From Thermoleophilia bacterium (lineage in GTDB: Bacteria > Actinomycetota > Thermoleophilia > Gaiellales > F1-60-MAGs149): a stretch of 64,000 nt of DNA. Shown in pieces: positions 1 to 10,800 of this stretch (the first letter of the stretch is position 1; the number at the start of each line of letters is the position of its first letter). The translations under genes were made by a program, and so were the position numbers. The notes beneath the pieces are model-generated. The model saw only the letters and a list, made by a program, of their open reading frames with translations. It did no database searches and had not been told where the DNA came from. Where the stretch lies: contig JBAXNN010000001.1 in NCBI GenBank assembly GCA_037133755.1, forward strand, positions 148,838 to 212,837, in the 5' to 3' direction.

Positions 1-1
1 C

Positions 2-544
2 GGTCTGGGCGCCTACAAGGGCAAGGCCCTCGTCAACTCGATCACGTGTGAGGCCGACCGCTACGAGGCCGTCCTCCCCCTGATCAAGGAGCACGGCGCG
101 GCGGTCATCTGCCTGACGAACGGCGAGGAGGGCATCCCGGTTCTGTGGGAGGAGCGCTTCGAGTTCTGCAAGCGCCTCGTCGACATCGTGCACGGCAAGT
201 ACGAGATCCCGATGGAGGACATCGTGATCGACGCGCTCGCCATGCCGATCGGTGCCGAGCCGCAGTCGGCGTACCACTTCTTCAAGACGATCGAGGCCAT
301 CAAGAGCGAGTTCGATCTGAACACCACCTGTGGTGCCTCGAACACGTCGTTCGGCATGCCGAGCCGCCACACGCTCAACGGCACGTTCCTCGCCATGGCG
401 GCAGGCGCCGGCATGACGAGCGCGATCATGGATGCCCGCTCCGAGGAGTGCGTCAAGGCCGTCCGCGGCTCCGACGTGATGCTCGGCAAGGACGAGTACG
501 GCATCACCTGGATCGGCAACTACCGCCCGCCGGCAAAGGTCTAG
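2..544 (+). CDS. Pterin-binding (methyl-THF:corrinoid type) methyltransferase, C-terminal part; 5' end lies outside the window
   Basis: The frame is open from the window edge to TAG at 542-544. The translation (GLGAYKGKALVNSITCEADRYEAVLPLIKEHGAAVICL...CGASNTSFGMPSRHTLNGTFLAMAAGAGMTSAIMD) matches the DHPS-like pterin-binding barrel of MetH/AcsE/MtrH-type enzymes, as recalled from memory. Confidence 0.8.
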   Translation, partial: GLGAYKGKALVNSITCEADRYEAVLPLIKEHGAAVICLTNGEEGIPVLWEERFEFCKRLVDIVHGKYEIPMEDIVIDALAMPIGAEPQSAYHFFKTIEAIKSEFDLNTTCGASNTSFGMPSRHTLNGTFLAMAAGAGMTSAIMDARSEECVKAVRGSDVMLGKDEYGITWIGNYRPPAKV

Positions 545-548
545 GGCG

Positions 549-2432
549 TTGAGCGCCGCGGAGGAGACAGAGGAGGGCGCGGGCACGGGAGCCCCTGCGC
601 GCGTTCGCCTGCAGTTCTCCCCCAGCGGCATCGACGTGAAGGTGCCCGGCGGCGTCACGGTCTTCGACGCGGCGTCGTGGAACGGCATCGCGATCGACTC
701 GACCTGCGGCGGCCACGGCACGTGCCGCAAGTGCAAGGTGCAGATCACCGAGGGCGAGGCGCCCCTGTCGAAGCTCGACAGCCGCGCCTTCTCCCCCGAC
801 GAGCTGCGTGACGGCTGGCGTCTCGCCTGCCGCATCCAGACGGCCGGCGATCTGTCGATCGAGGTGCCGCCGCTGCAGACTCGGCCGAAGGCCGCGACCG
901 TCGGCGTCGGGCGCCAGGTGATCCTGCGTCCGTCGATCGTCAAGCGCTTCCTCCAGCTCGAGGAGGCCACCCTGTCCGATCAGCGCACCGACATCCAGCG
1001 CGTCCTCGACGCCATGGACGACCTCGAGCTGACGACGTCGATCTCCGTGCTGCGCACGCTCGGCAAGGTGCTCCGCTCGTCGAACTGGGAGGTCACTGCC
1101 GTGATCGCCGACAGCGAGCTCATCGCCGTCGAGCCCGGCGACACGACCGGCCGCCGCTTCGCGATCGCGTACGACCTCGGTACCACCACCGTTGTCGCGA
1201 ACCTGCTCGACATCGAGACCGGCACGCCGGTTGCGGTCAAGAGCATGCTCAACAAGCAGCAGCCGTTCGGCGCCGACGTCATCAGCCGCATCAGCGCCAC
1301 GATGATGGATCCCGACGCACTCGCCAAGCTGCGCGACCTCGCCCACGAGACGCTTGCGGAGCTCACCGACGAGGTCCTCGCCGCCGGCGAGATCGACCGC
1401 AACGAGGTCTACGAGATCGTGCTCGCGGGCAACGCGACGATGACGCAGATCGCGCTCGGTATCGATCCCGAGCCGCTCGGCGTCGCGCCGTTCGTGATGA
1501 CCAGCGAGGGCTACGACGGCCTGCGCGCCAGCGACCTCGGCATCTCGATCCACCCGAACGCGCCCGCCACCGTCTTCCCCTCGCTCGGCGCGTACGTCGG
1601 TGGCGACATCACCGCTGGCATCCTCGCGACGGGCCTCGACCGCGATCGCCGCCTGCGCCTGTTCATCGACGTCGGCACCAACTGCGAGATCGCGATCGGC
1701 AACCAGGACCGCATCGTCTCGACCGCCGCGCCCGCTGGCCCCGCCTTCGAGGCCGCGTCGATCCGCCACGGCATGCGTGCCGATGACGGCGCGATCGAGG
1801 TCGTCAAGCTGACCGAGGACGCGATCGAGCTGGGCGTCATTGGCGACGCCGAGCCCGTCGGCATGTGTGGCTCGGGCCTCGTCGACGCGGTCGCCGAGCT
1901 GGTGCGTGTCGGCATGCTCGACTCCTCCGGCAAGTACCTCACCGACGAGGATGCCGCCGAGCGCCTGCCCAACCTGGCCCCCAACCTGATCACCCTCAAC
2001 GGCGAGCGCGTCTTCGTCCTGCACTGGAAGGGCGAGGTCGGCGACGGCGAGAACGCCGTCTACCTGTCGCAGCGCGACGTGCGCGAGCTGCAGTTCGCCA
2101 AGGCCGCGATCGCGACCGGCTGGAAGCTGATGATCGAGGAGCTCGGCATCGACGAGGCCGACATCGCTCAGGTGCTGCTGGCCGGCTCGTTCGGCTCGTA
2201 CCTGTCGGCCGCCAGCGCGATCCGCATCGGCCTCGTGCCGAAGCTGCCGATCCCGCGCATCATCAGCGCCGGCAACGTCGCCGGCGAGGGCGCGAAGATG
2301 GCGATCCTCTCGATCCAGGAGCGCCACGCCGGCGCGGCCCTGATCGACGAGATCGAATACGTCGAGCTGTCCGAGCGCACCGACTTCAACGACCGCTTCA
2401 TCGAGCAGCTCGCCTTCCCGGTAGGCACGTGA
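549..2432 (+). CDS. Corrinoid reductive activase (RACo-like): N-terminal 2Fe-2S ferredoxin domain plus ASKHA/DUF4445 ATPase
   Basis: 627-aa ORF with a TTG start 5 nt after the upstream stop. It has the plant-type ferredoxin motif [12 protein letters not shown], then an actin-fold ATPase region ([39 protein letters not shown]). Confidence 0.8.
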   Translation: MSAAEETEEGAGTGAPARVRLQFSPSGIDVKVPGGVTVFDAASWNGIAIDSTCGGHGTCRKCKVQITEGEAPLSKLDSRAFSPDELRDGWRLACRIQTAGDLSIEVPPLQTRPKAATVGVGRQVILRPSIVKRFLQLEEATLSDQRTDIQRVLDAMDDLELTTSISVLRTLGKVLRSSNWEVTAVIADSELIAVEPGDTTGRRFAIAYDLGTTTVVANLLDIETGTPVAVKSMLNKQQPFGADVISRISATMMDPDALAKLRDLAHETLAELTDEVLAAGEIDRNEVYEIVLAGNATMTQIALGIDPEPLGVAPFVMTSEGYDGLRASDLGISIHPNAPATVFPSLGAYVGGDITAGILATGLDRDRRLRLFIDVGTNCEIAIGNQDRIVSTAAPAGPAFEAASIRHGMRADDGAIEVVKLTEDAIELGVIGDAEPVGMCGSGLVDAVAELVRVGMLDSSGKYLTDEDAAERLPNLAPNLITLNGERVFVLHWKGEVGDGENAVYLSQRDVRELQFAKAAIATGWKLMIEELGIDEADIAQVLLAGSFGSYLSAASAIRIGLVPKLPIPRIISAGNVAGEGAKMAILSIQERHAGAALIDEIEYVELSERTDFNDRFIEQLAFPVGT

Positions 2433-3052
2433 GCGACGTTGCCGTCATCACCTGTGGTGTGCTCACGCAGCACGTCGATGCGATCCGTACGCGTCGCGGC
2501 TGGGATGTCTCGGTGCATCCGCTGCCGCCGCTCCTGCACCAGCGCCCCGACCGCATTGCCCCCGCCGTGCAGGAGCTGGCCGAGCAGCTGGCCGAGGACC
2601 ACGACCGTGTTGTCGTGGCCTACGCCGACTGCGGCACGTACGGTGCGCTCGACAGCGTCTGCGAAGAGCTCGGCCTCGAGCGCCTGCGCGGCAGCCACTG
2701 CTACGACGTCTTCGCCGGTCCCGACCGCATCGCGGAGCTCCACGGCAGCCAGCCCGGCAGCTTCCTACTCACCGACGCGCTGATCAAGGGCTTCGATCGG
2801 CTCGTCGTGCAAGAGCTTGGCCTCGACCGGCATCCCGAATTGCGCGACGACTACTTCCGCGAGTACACCCGGGTCGTCTGGCTCGCCCAGGACCCCACCC
2901 CCGCCCTGCGCGAGGGTGCCGCCCGTGCTGCCCAGACCCTGCGTCTGCCGCTCGAGATCATCGAGACCGGCGACCGCGGGCTCGAGGCAGAGCTGGAGCG
3001 GATGATCGACCGAACCCCCACCGGCGCCGGCAGCGCCACCCAAGGAGCGTGA
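2429..3052 (+). CDS. DUF1638-family protein (accessory protein of corrinoid methyltransferase clusters)
   Basis: A GTG at 2429 overlaps the upstream TGA (GTGA). The product starts [17 protein letters not shown] and contains [15 protein letters not shown] and SHCYDVFAG. The part of ORF 1865..3052 upstream of 2429 is Arg-rich and overlaps the RACo gene. Confidence 0.65.
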   Translation: MSDVAVITCGVLTQHVDAIRTRRGWDVSVHPLPPLLHQRPDRIAPAVQELAEQLAEDHDRVVVAYADCGTYGALDSVCEELGLERLRGSHCYDVFAGPDRIAELHGSQPGSFLLTDALIKGFDRLVVQELGLDRHPELRDDYFREYTRVVWLAQDPTPALREGAARAAQTLRLPLEIIETGDRGLEAELERMIDRTPTGAGSATQGA

Positions 3053-3055
3053 GCA

Positions 3056-5503
3056 ATGGACGCCAAGGCTGACGTCGTCATCATCGGCGCGGGCATCGTC
3101 GGCACGTCTGCCGCCTGGGAGCTCGTCCAGGCCGGCGTGACCAACGTGATCGTGATCGATCAGGGCCCGCTCAGCCACACGGGCGGTTCGTCGTACCACG
3201 CTCCGGGCCTCTGCTTCCAGACCGGCACCAGCCGTCTGCTCTGCACCCTCGCCCAGTGGTCTGCCGAGACGTACCGGACCTACAACACGCCCGAGCGCGA
3301 TGCCTGGGCCGAGGTCGGCAGCATCGAGGTCGCCACCACGCCGGCGCGCGCCCGCGAGCTGGAGCGCCGCCGCAACGCCGCGATGGCCTACGGCCTCGAG
3401 GGCAGCATCATCACGCCCAAGCAGGTTGTCGAGCTGTGCCCGCTGGTCGATGAGAACACGATTCTCGCCGGCTACCACGTGCCGACCGATGGCCTCTGCC
3501 GCGCGGTCACCGTGTGCCACACGCTGCAGGAGTGGTGCCGCCAGGCTGGTGTGCGCTTCTTCGAGTGCACGCGCGTGACGAACGTCCAGATCGAGGGCGG
3601 TCGCGTGCGCGGCGTCGAGACGGTGAGCGGCACGGTCAAGTGCGGCCAGGTGCTCGTAGCCGGCGGCCTCTGGGGCCCCGAGCTGCAGACCATGATCGGC
3701 CGCCCGATTCCGCTGCAGCCCGTCGAGCACGTGTTCGCGTGGGGTGCCCCGATCGAGGGCCTCGAGCGCGGGCCCGTCGAGTCGGTGCTGCCGATGATCC
3801 GCCACCAGGATCGCGACGTCTACTACCGCCAGCGCTGGCAGGGCATGGGCATCGGCTCGTACGCCCACGCCCCGCTGCCGATCGCGATCGACGATCTCGA
3901 GCGCGCCGAGGACGGCCATCAGAACGCGCAGGGGCCGTTTAGCGAGGAGCACTTCGCCGACGCCTGGGACGCCACGCGCACCCTGATGCCGCGCGTCTAC
4001 GACGCCGGCCTCGAGGAGACCTTCAACGGCCACTTCTCGTTCACCATCGACGGCAACCCGCTGCTCGGCGAGTCGTCGTACACCAAGGGCTTGTTCCTGG
4101 CCGAGGCGATCTGGGTGACGCAGGCGGCCGGTTCCGCCCAGGCCGTCGTGCGCCAGATGACCGGCCAGCCCGTCGGCCTCGATCTCGGCGGCGCGCACCC
4201 CGACCGCTTCCAGCCGCACCACGGCGCCCCCGCCTTCGTGCTCGCCCGCGGCAGCCAGCAGTACGCCGAGGTCTACGACATCCTGCATCCGCTCGAGCCC
4301 GCGCTCAACGCGCGTGGCCTGCGCCGCCTCCCCTCGCACGAGTGGGTGTCGGAGCGCGGCGGCTACATGCTCGAGAGCGCCGGTTGGGAGCGCGCGCAGT
4401 GGCTCGACGCGAATGCGAGCCTGCCCGCCCCCGAGCACACGCAGGCGCGTGGCGAGTGGGAGTCGCGGCACTGGTCGCCGACGATCGGCAAGGAGCACGC
4501 GCGCGTGCGCTCGCACGTCGGCCTGTTCGACCTCACGCCGTTCACCAAGCTCGAGGTCGAGGGCTCCGGCGCGTGCGATTGGCTCAACCGCATGTGCACG
4601 TCCGAGCTGGACGTCCCGGTCGGCCGCATCGTCTACACGACGTGCCTCACCCCGCACGGCGGCGTGGTGTTCGACATCACGGTCACCCGCCTGAGCGACA
4701 CGAGCTATCTGATCGTGACCGGCGGCGGCTCCGGCCCGCGCGACGTGGCGTGGCTGCGCAGCCACCTACCCGAGGGAGACGCCGTGCGCCTGCGCGACGT
4801 CACCAGCTCGTACGCCGTCTCCGGCCTGTGGGGCCCGAACGCCCGCAAGGTGCTGCAGCCGCTCGTGCCCGAAGACCTCTCGAACGAGGCCTTCCCGTAC
4901 ATGCGCGCGCAGCGCATCTGGATCGAGCACGTGCCCGCGCTCGCGCTGCGCATCTCCTACGCCGGCGAGCTCGGCTGGGAGCTCTACGTGCCCAGCGAGT
5001 ACGGCAGCTGGGTGTGGGAGCGTCTGCTCGAGGCCGGCCAGGAGCACGGCATCATCGCCGCCGGTGGTGGCGCTTTCGAGTCGCTGCGCATCGAGAAGGG
5101 CTACCGCTTCGCGGGCGTCGACATGCACACCGATTACACGGCCGACCAGTCCGGCCTCGGCTTCGCCGTTAACCTCGGCAAGTCGGCCTTCATCGGCAAG
5201 CAGGCCGTCATCGAGGAGCGCAAGGCGGGTCTCGCCAAGCGCCTCGTGCCGATCCTGCTCGACGATGCCGATGCGGCCCCGCTCGGCGGCGAGCCGATCC
5301 TGATCGACGGCAAGAAGGTCGGTTACGTGACCAGCGCCAACTTCGGCTACACGGTTGGCAAGTCGATCGCGTACGGGTATCTTCCTGCGCAGCAGGCAAC
5401 CCCGGGGACGCGGGCCGCCGTGCGGATCTTCGATCGCGAGATCGAGGGTGCCGTGACAACCGAACCCATTTTCGACCCCGCCGGCGAGCGCATCCGCGCC
5501 TAG
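3056..5503 (+). CDS. FAD-dependent oxidoreductase fused to a GcvT aminomethyltransferase domain (dimethylglycine/sarcosine dehydrogenase- or oxidase-like)
   Basis: 815 aa. It has an N-terminal Rossmann motif (VVIIGAGIVGTSAAWEL) and a C-terminal folate-binding GcvT-like region (GLFDLTPFTKLEVEG, YAGELGWELYVP, RIEKGYR). Confidence 0.85.
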   Translation: MDAKADVVIIGAGIVGTSAAWELVQAGVTNVIVIDQGPLSHTGGSSYHAPGLCFQTGTSRLLCTLAQWSAETYRTYNTPERDAWAEVGSIEVATTPARARELERRRNAAMAYGLEGSIITPKQVVELCPLVDENTILAGYHVPTDGLCRAVTVCHTLQEWCRQAGVRFFECTRVTNVQIEGGRVRGVETVSGTVKCGQVLVAGGLWGPELQTMIGRPIPLQPVEHVFAWGAPIEGLERGPVESVLPMIRHQDRDVYYRQRWQGMGIGSYAHAPLPIAIDDLERAEDGHQNAQGPFSEEHFADAWDATRTLMPRVYDAGLEETFNGHFSFTIDGNPLLGESSYTKGLFLAEAIWVTQAAGSAQAVVRQMTGQPVGLDLGGAHPDRFQPHHGAPAFVLARGSQQYAEVYDILHPLEPALNARGLRRLPSHEWVSERGGYMLESAGWERAQWLDANASLPAPEHTQARGEWESRHWSPTIGKEHARVRSHVGLFDLTPFTKLEVEGSGACDWLNRMCTSELDVPVGRIVYTTCLTPHGGVVFDITVTRLSDTSYLIVTGGGSGPRDVAWLRSHLPEGDAVRLRDVTSSYAVSGLWGPNARKVLQPLVPEDLSNEAFPYMRAQRIWIEHVPALALRISYAGELGWELYVPSEYGSWVWERLLEAGQEHGIIAAGGGAFESLRIEKGYRFAGVDMHTDYTADQSGLGFAVNLGKSAFIGKQAVIEERKAGLAKRLVPILLDDADAAPLGGEPILIDGKKVGYVTSANFGYTVGKSIAYGYLPAQQATPGTRAAVRIFDREIEGAVTTEPIFDPAGERIRA

Positions 5504-5535
5504 CCGTCAACGATTCCCTCCGGAGGAGAACCCCC

Positions 5536-6711
5536 ATGCCCCAGCTCGCAACCGCCCTTGAGCGTCTCGGTACCGAGACCGCCTTCGAGGTCCTCGCCCG
5601 CGCCAAGGCCCTCGAGGCCACCGGCAAGCGCGTCATCCACCTCGAGATCGGCGAGCCCGACTTCGACACCCCGCCCCACATCGTCGAGGCTGCGGCCAAG
5701 GCGCTGAAGGACGGCCAGACGCACTACTGCCCCGCCCCGGGCCTGCCGATCCTGCGCGAGACGTGCGCCAACCATCTGTCCACGCATCGCGGCATCGACG
5801 TGCACCCCGACTCGATCGTCGTCACGCCGGGCGCCAAGCCGTTCCTGTTCTACGGCATCCTCGCCACGTGCAACCCGGGCGATGAGGTCATCTACCCGAA
5901 CCCGGGCTTCCCGATCTACGAGTCGGCGATCCGCTGGGCCGGTGCCACGCCGGTGCCGCTGCCGCTCACCGAGGAGACCGACTTCGCCTTCACGGCCGAC
6001 GACCTCCGGTCCCGCATGACGTCGAAGACGAAGATGGTGATCCTCAACTCGCCGGCCAACCCGACGGGTGGCTACATCTCGAAGCAGCTCAACGCCGAGA
6101 TCGCCAACGTCCTCGCCGACCACGACTGCTGGATCCTGTCGGACGAGGTCTACTCCGAGATGCTGTGGGGCGGCGCCGAGCACGACACGATCGCCGGCCA
6201 CCAGGGTCTCCAGGATCGCACGATCCTGCTCGACGGCTTCTCCAAGACGTTCGCGATGACGGGCTGGCGCCTGGGCTACGCGTCGCTGCCGGAGCCGCTG
6301 CGCGAGCCGATCACCCGCCTGATCATCAACTCGGTGTCCTGCACCGCTCCCGCCACGCAGCTCGCCGGCGTCGCGGCCCTGACCGGCCCCCGCACCGAGA
6401 TCGACGCGATGATGGCCGAGTTCGATCGTCGCCGCGCCGCGGTTGTCGAGGGCCTCAACTCGCTGCCGGGTGTCACGTGCCGCGACCCGAAGGGCGCGTT
6501 CTACGCGTTCCCGAACGTCCAGGGCACGGGCCAGGACGGCAAGATCGTGGCCGACCGTCTGCTGCAGGAGGCCGGCGTTGCCGTGCTGAGCGGCACCGCC
6601 TTCGGTGAGCACGGCGATGGCTACCTGCGCCTCTCCTACGCCAACAGCATGGAGAACATCCAGGAGGCGATCGAGGCGATGCGCGGTCTGCTGGAGGCGA
6701 TGCAGGCATGA
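5536..6711 (+). CDS. Class I/II pyridoxal-phosphate aminotransferase (aspartate aminotransferase-like)
   Basis: 391 aa with an ATG start. Contains the motifs LNSPANPTG and DGFSKTFAMTGWRLGY (PLP-lysine region). Confidence 0.85.
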   Translation: MPQLATALERLGTETAFEVLARAKALEATGKRVIHLEIGEPDFDTPPHIVEAAAKALKDGQTHYCPAPGLPILRETCANHLSTHRGIDVHPDSIVVTPGAKPFLFYGILATCNPGDEVIYPNPGFPIYESAIRWAGATPVPLPLTEETDFAFTADDLRSRMTSKTKMVILNSPANPTGGYISKQLNAEIANVLADHDCWILSDEVYSEMLWGGAEHDTIAGHQGLQDRTILLDGFSKTFAMTGWRLGYASLPEPLREPITRLIINSVSCTAPATQLAGVAALTGPRTEIDAMMAEFDRRRAAVVEGLNSLPGVTCRDPKGAFYAFPNVQGTGQDGKIVADRLLQEAGVAVLSGTAFGEHGDGYLRLSYANSMENIQEAIEAMRGLLEAMQA

Positions 6712-7688
6712 GCGACAAGCCCCGTATCGTCGTCACGCGGCGCATCCCGCAGCCGGCGCTCGATCTGCTCGCCGAGCATGGCGACGTGTGGCTCTCGCCG
6801 CACGATCGTCCGCTCACGCGCGAGGAGATGTTCGACGCCGTCAAGGGCGCCGACGCGATCGTCTGCCTCCTGCATGACACGATCGACGACGCCGTCCTCG
6901 ACGCGGCTGGTCCGCAGCTGAAGGTCATCGCTAACGTGGCGGTGGGCTACAACAACGTCGACACGAAGGCGATCGAGAGCCGCGGCACCGTCTGGTTTAC
7001 GAACACGCCGGGCGTGCTGACGGAGGCGACCGCGGATATCGCGATGTCGCTAATCCTGATGACGACTCGTCGTCTCGGCGAGGGCGAGCGCGTGATCCGC
7101 TCGGAGACCCCGTGGGTGTGGAGCATGTTCTACATGCTCGGCACGGGCATCCAGGGCAAGACGCTTGGCATCGTCGGTCTTGGCCTGATCGGCCAGGCCA
7201 CGGCGCGTCGCGCCAAGGCGTTCGGCATGGAGATCATCTACTCGGGTCGCCGCCAGGCGGATCCCGCGATCGAGGCCGAGCTCGGCGCGAAGTACGTGTC
7301 GTTTGACGAGCTGCTCGAGACGGCCGATGTCGTCTCGCTGCACTGCCCGCTCAACGACGAGACGAAGCACCTGATCAACGCCGACCGCCTGGCGCAGATG
7401 CGCGAGGACGCGTACCTCGTGAACACCACGCGCGGTCCGGTCGTCGACGAGCAGGCGCTCGTCGACGCACTCCGCAAGGGCGAGATCAAGGGCGCCGGCC
7501 TCGACGTGTTCGAGGAGGAGCCGAAGATCAACCCCGGCCTGCTCGACCTCGAGAACGCGGTGCTGATCCCGCACCTCGGCTCGGCCACGATCGAGACCCG
7601 CACCGAGATGGGTCTGCTCGCCGCCGCCAACACGGTCGCGATCCTGAGCGGCGAGGAGCCCCCGAGCCCGGTGGTTCGCGTCAGCTAG
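6708..7688 (+). CDS. D-isomer-specific 2-hydroxyacid dehydrogenase (glyoxylate/hydroxypyruvate reductase-like)
   Basis: 326 aa. Its ATG overlaps the upstream stop (ATGA). Has the NAD-binding motif GIVGLGLIGQATARRA and the catalytic region NTTRGPVVDE...LIPHLGSAT. Confidence 0.85.
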   Translation: MSDKPRIVVTRRIPQPALDLLAEHGDVWLSPHDRPLTREEMFDAVKGADAIVCLLHDTIDDAVLDAAGPQLKVIANVAVGYNNVDTKAIESRGTVWFTNTPGVLTEATADIAMSLILMTTRRLGEGERVIRSETPWVWSMFYMLGTGIQGKTLGIVGLGLIGQATARRAKAFGMEIIYSGRRQADPAIEAELGAKYVSFDELLETADVVSLHCPLNDETKHLINADRLAQMREDAYLVNTTRGPVVDEQALVDALRKGEIKGAGLDVFEEEPKINPGLLDLENAVLIPHLGSATIETRTEMGLLAAANTVAILSGEEPPSPVVRVS

Positions 7689-7700
7689 TCACGAACGAAG

Positions 7701-7746
7701 ACGGCCCCGGACTGGCACTTGCCGGTCCGGGGCCGTTGTCGTTTTC
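7701..7746. terminator. Intrinsic terminator hairpin between convergent genes
   Basis: Perfect 12-bp stem (acggccccggac at 7701-7712, gtccggggccgt at 7725-7736) followed by tgtcgttttc. It lies 13 nt after the stop at 7688. Confidence 0.6.
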
Positions 7747-7815
7747 GGCTGGTGCTCTCTGCCGAGCCGCCTGTCCGTGCGGATCGGCGCGTGACCGCTA
7801 TTGCGGTGTGCGAGG

Positions 7816-10800
7816 TTATCCCACAGACCCGTTACAGGTGACTGATACGGGCGTCGACGCCGACTTGAGACCCCACGAGTTGGTGGCGGTCACATAGATC
7901 GTTTGCTGTTCTCCGGCAATCCAGCCGCAGTACGTCGTGCCGTTGGTGAGCGTGGTGATTACCTGGGTCGTGCCGTAATCCTCCCACCATTGGTAGGACT
8001 GGGTGATGCAGCCCATCTCCCCGGTGTTCTCGCAATAGAAGGTGCAGCCTGATCCGCAATTCGAGGCCACCAACTGGGCGCCGGGGGTGGGGTACGTCGC
8101 GGTCAGCGACGTCGACGTGACCACCGGCGGCGAGCACGCCGGGGGCGGTGTCACCGTCACCGTCCCGTACCCGAACGCGTAGTTATTGCTGACAGTCAGG
8201 GTGATCGTCGCGGTCGGCGATCCACAGACCACGGTGAGGTATCCCGCCGTGGTCAGGCTCCACCCGGTCGGCAGCGTGCTGCCCAAGCCCCACGAGCAGC
8301 CCCCCGCCGGGCAGTTGCTGGCGGCCAGGTTATACGCCGCCGCATTCGGGTTGTTGATCGTGGTCGAGGTGATCACGGGCGTCCCGGGCCATGCCGAGCC
8401 CTGGGTCCACGGCCGTGACAGCAGGTACGCCGCAGGCGGGCTCGACGGGAACATGCCGGTGCTGCACACACTGTTCTGGTTGAGGTAGCCCCCGCCATAC
8501 GTGGAAATGGTCTGCTCGGTGATCGTGTACGTGCCCGAGCCGTTCCACGGCGACGGGGAGTAGAACGTGCCGTTGGCGAGTACCTGACAGCCGAAGGCGA
8601 TGTTCGTACAACCAGCGCCACAGCTTGACGCACCCGTGTTGTAGTTCGACAGCGTACTGCCCGATCCGAGCAGCTGCCACGACGGCGAGCTGGTCGAGCC
8701 GAGGATCGCCCCGTTGACCGTCGTTGAGGTCGTCGAGTTCGAGACGCCACCGTTCGATGCCGTCGTCGTTGACGTGGCACTGGATTGCGTGACCTGGCCT
8801 GCCGACCCGTTGAGCTGGCTGTTGAAGAAGCCGCTGAGCGCCGCCATGTTCGCGGAGCCCGCGGCAAGGACAGCCGTCTTGGCGACCTGAGGCGCGCTCC
8901 ACAGCTGGTACGGCGTCGCCATCGTGCCCTTCTTCAAAGCGTTGTAGCTCGACAGCGTGTTGGTCGGATAGCTGCTCGACAGTGCCGTCGTGCACATCGG
9001 CGTTCCCTTGGTCGAGCCGCCGGAGCCAGTGACCCCAGAGCAGAGACTCGCGACCGTCTGTGGCGTCACATTCGCAGCCGTTGCCGGCGACGACGCCGTA
9101 GCGCCCATCCCGGCCGGCACGGCGCTCACGGCCGAGCCGCTGATCGCATACTTGCTCGCCGCCGTCACCGACGGCGTCCACAGCGCAACCTCGTCGCTGT
9201 ACGTCGTGGAAGGCCAGACATCAGCGATGTTCTGCTGCCACTGACACCAGTTCGTCGCCGTCCCATTGATCGACGACACCGACGGCGTCGACGCGCACTG
9301 CGCCATGTACGCGCTCTGCGTGGCCGCGGCAGGCGTGTTGAGCACGCTCGCCATGTAGTTGAAGTAGTCGTTCGTCATCACGGCCTGCTGATACTCGAGC
9401 GTGCCCCAGTAACTCAGGAACAACTGCATGGCCTGCACCGACGACGGCGCAAGCGCCACCGTGTCGGTCGAGACGTAGTCACCCGCCTCATAGTCCGCGA
9501 CGAGTGACTGCCACGCAGACGTCGAGCCGCCACCCGTGTTGAACAGCATCTCGTTGATCGCGTTCGAACACGTGGTTTCCAACTGCGAGATCGTATTCAT
9601 CGTCAGCGACAACTGCGAGTTCGTCGACGTCGCAGTGACGCTGCCGTCCGCCAAGCCGTAGATCGTCGGCAGGTAGTAGTTGTTCCACGCCGTGGTGATG
9701 GCACCCTCACACGTCGACACCGACGACGTTGAGACCTGCAGCGAGAGCATGTCCACGCTCGTCTGCAGCGCGTGAACCTGGTTCGAAATGCAATCGAGCT
9801 GGTCGGAAATCGCGCTCAACCCCTCGGTCGTCTCCGTCTCACCCGTCGTCGGATCGATCGCGCTATTGACCTCATCAAGCGCGAAGCCCGTCACGCCCTC
9901 GGCCATCGCCGGCATTTCCCCGCCAAGCCCCTCCCCTGTGGCGTAGAGCGAGATCATTGCCGCCGTCGTCTCAACACTGAAGTCCGCAACCGCCGTCAGA
10001 TCGCTCTGCGACGAGCCAGGAGTCGCCGGCGGAGCGAACGTCGACGTGCACGGCGCGCCCGCAGCGGCCGCCAGCGTGGTGCTCGACGACTGGCGCGTCG
10101 ACGGCGCAGTGCTCCGCGCCAACGTGCCCTTCGCCGGCGTGGCCGACTTCTTCTTCGGCTTCATCCGCTGCTTGTACGCGCGGTAGTACTGGCGATGCGG
10201 CATCTGCAACACGCGCGTCCGTAGGCCCTTCACCCGCTCACCCCGCCGCGCAGTACGCGCCAGCATCGAGGAGAACGCGTCATACCCGCCGGCGTTCTTC
10301 ACTGCACGCAGCAGCTGCTGATCGCCCACCACGTACGAGTAGAGCCACAGGCCCTGATTGCTATTCGCCCCGGTGAACCCAAGCGCGCGACGCACCGACG
10401 CCAGGTTCTTGCCAAACCCACCCGTGCGCGCCAGCGGCATCTTCGACGCCGCCGTCGTCGACGGATCAACACGCTGCAACGACAGCGACAGCTCGGGCAC
10501 GATCGTCCTCAACGTCCCGGTAAACGCGCGACCCTGCACACGACCACCCGTCACGGTCACGACAAACGGCGCCGTCTTCGACGGCTCACCCGCCACACGC
10601 AACAGCGTCTGACCATGACGCGACGTCCGCCCCGTACCCATCGTCTCGCCCGACACCGGGTCCGTCACCGTCACCGTGCCACCCACCACGTACCGGAACG
10701 GGCCGGTAAACGCCTGCACCGCGAGGTTCTTCGGCGTACGCGCCCGCGCCGCAGCATCCGTGGAGTCAGCGAGCGCAGAGCTGCACACACACAACACCGC

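Noticed and set aside
504-2327. 607-aa minus-strand ORF antisense to the RACo gene. The same class includes 2765..4765, 5500..6612, 16521..18173, 22118..23959, 30821..32095, 31392..33059, 39603..40907, 42134..43465, 43840..44898, 48000..49136, 52583..54517, 56419..58083 and 59884..61308.
   Set aside because: The translations are extremely Arg/Ala/Gly/Asp-rich and low-complexity, with no motifs. Each fully overlaps a plus-strand gene with clear family motifs. Long stop-free antisense frames are expected at about 70% GC.
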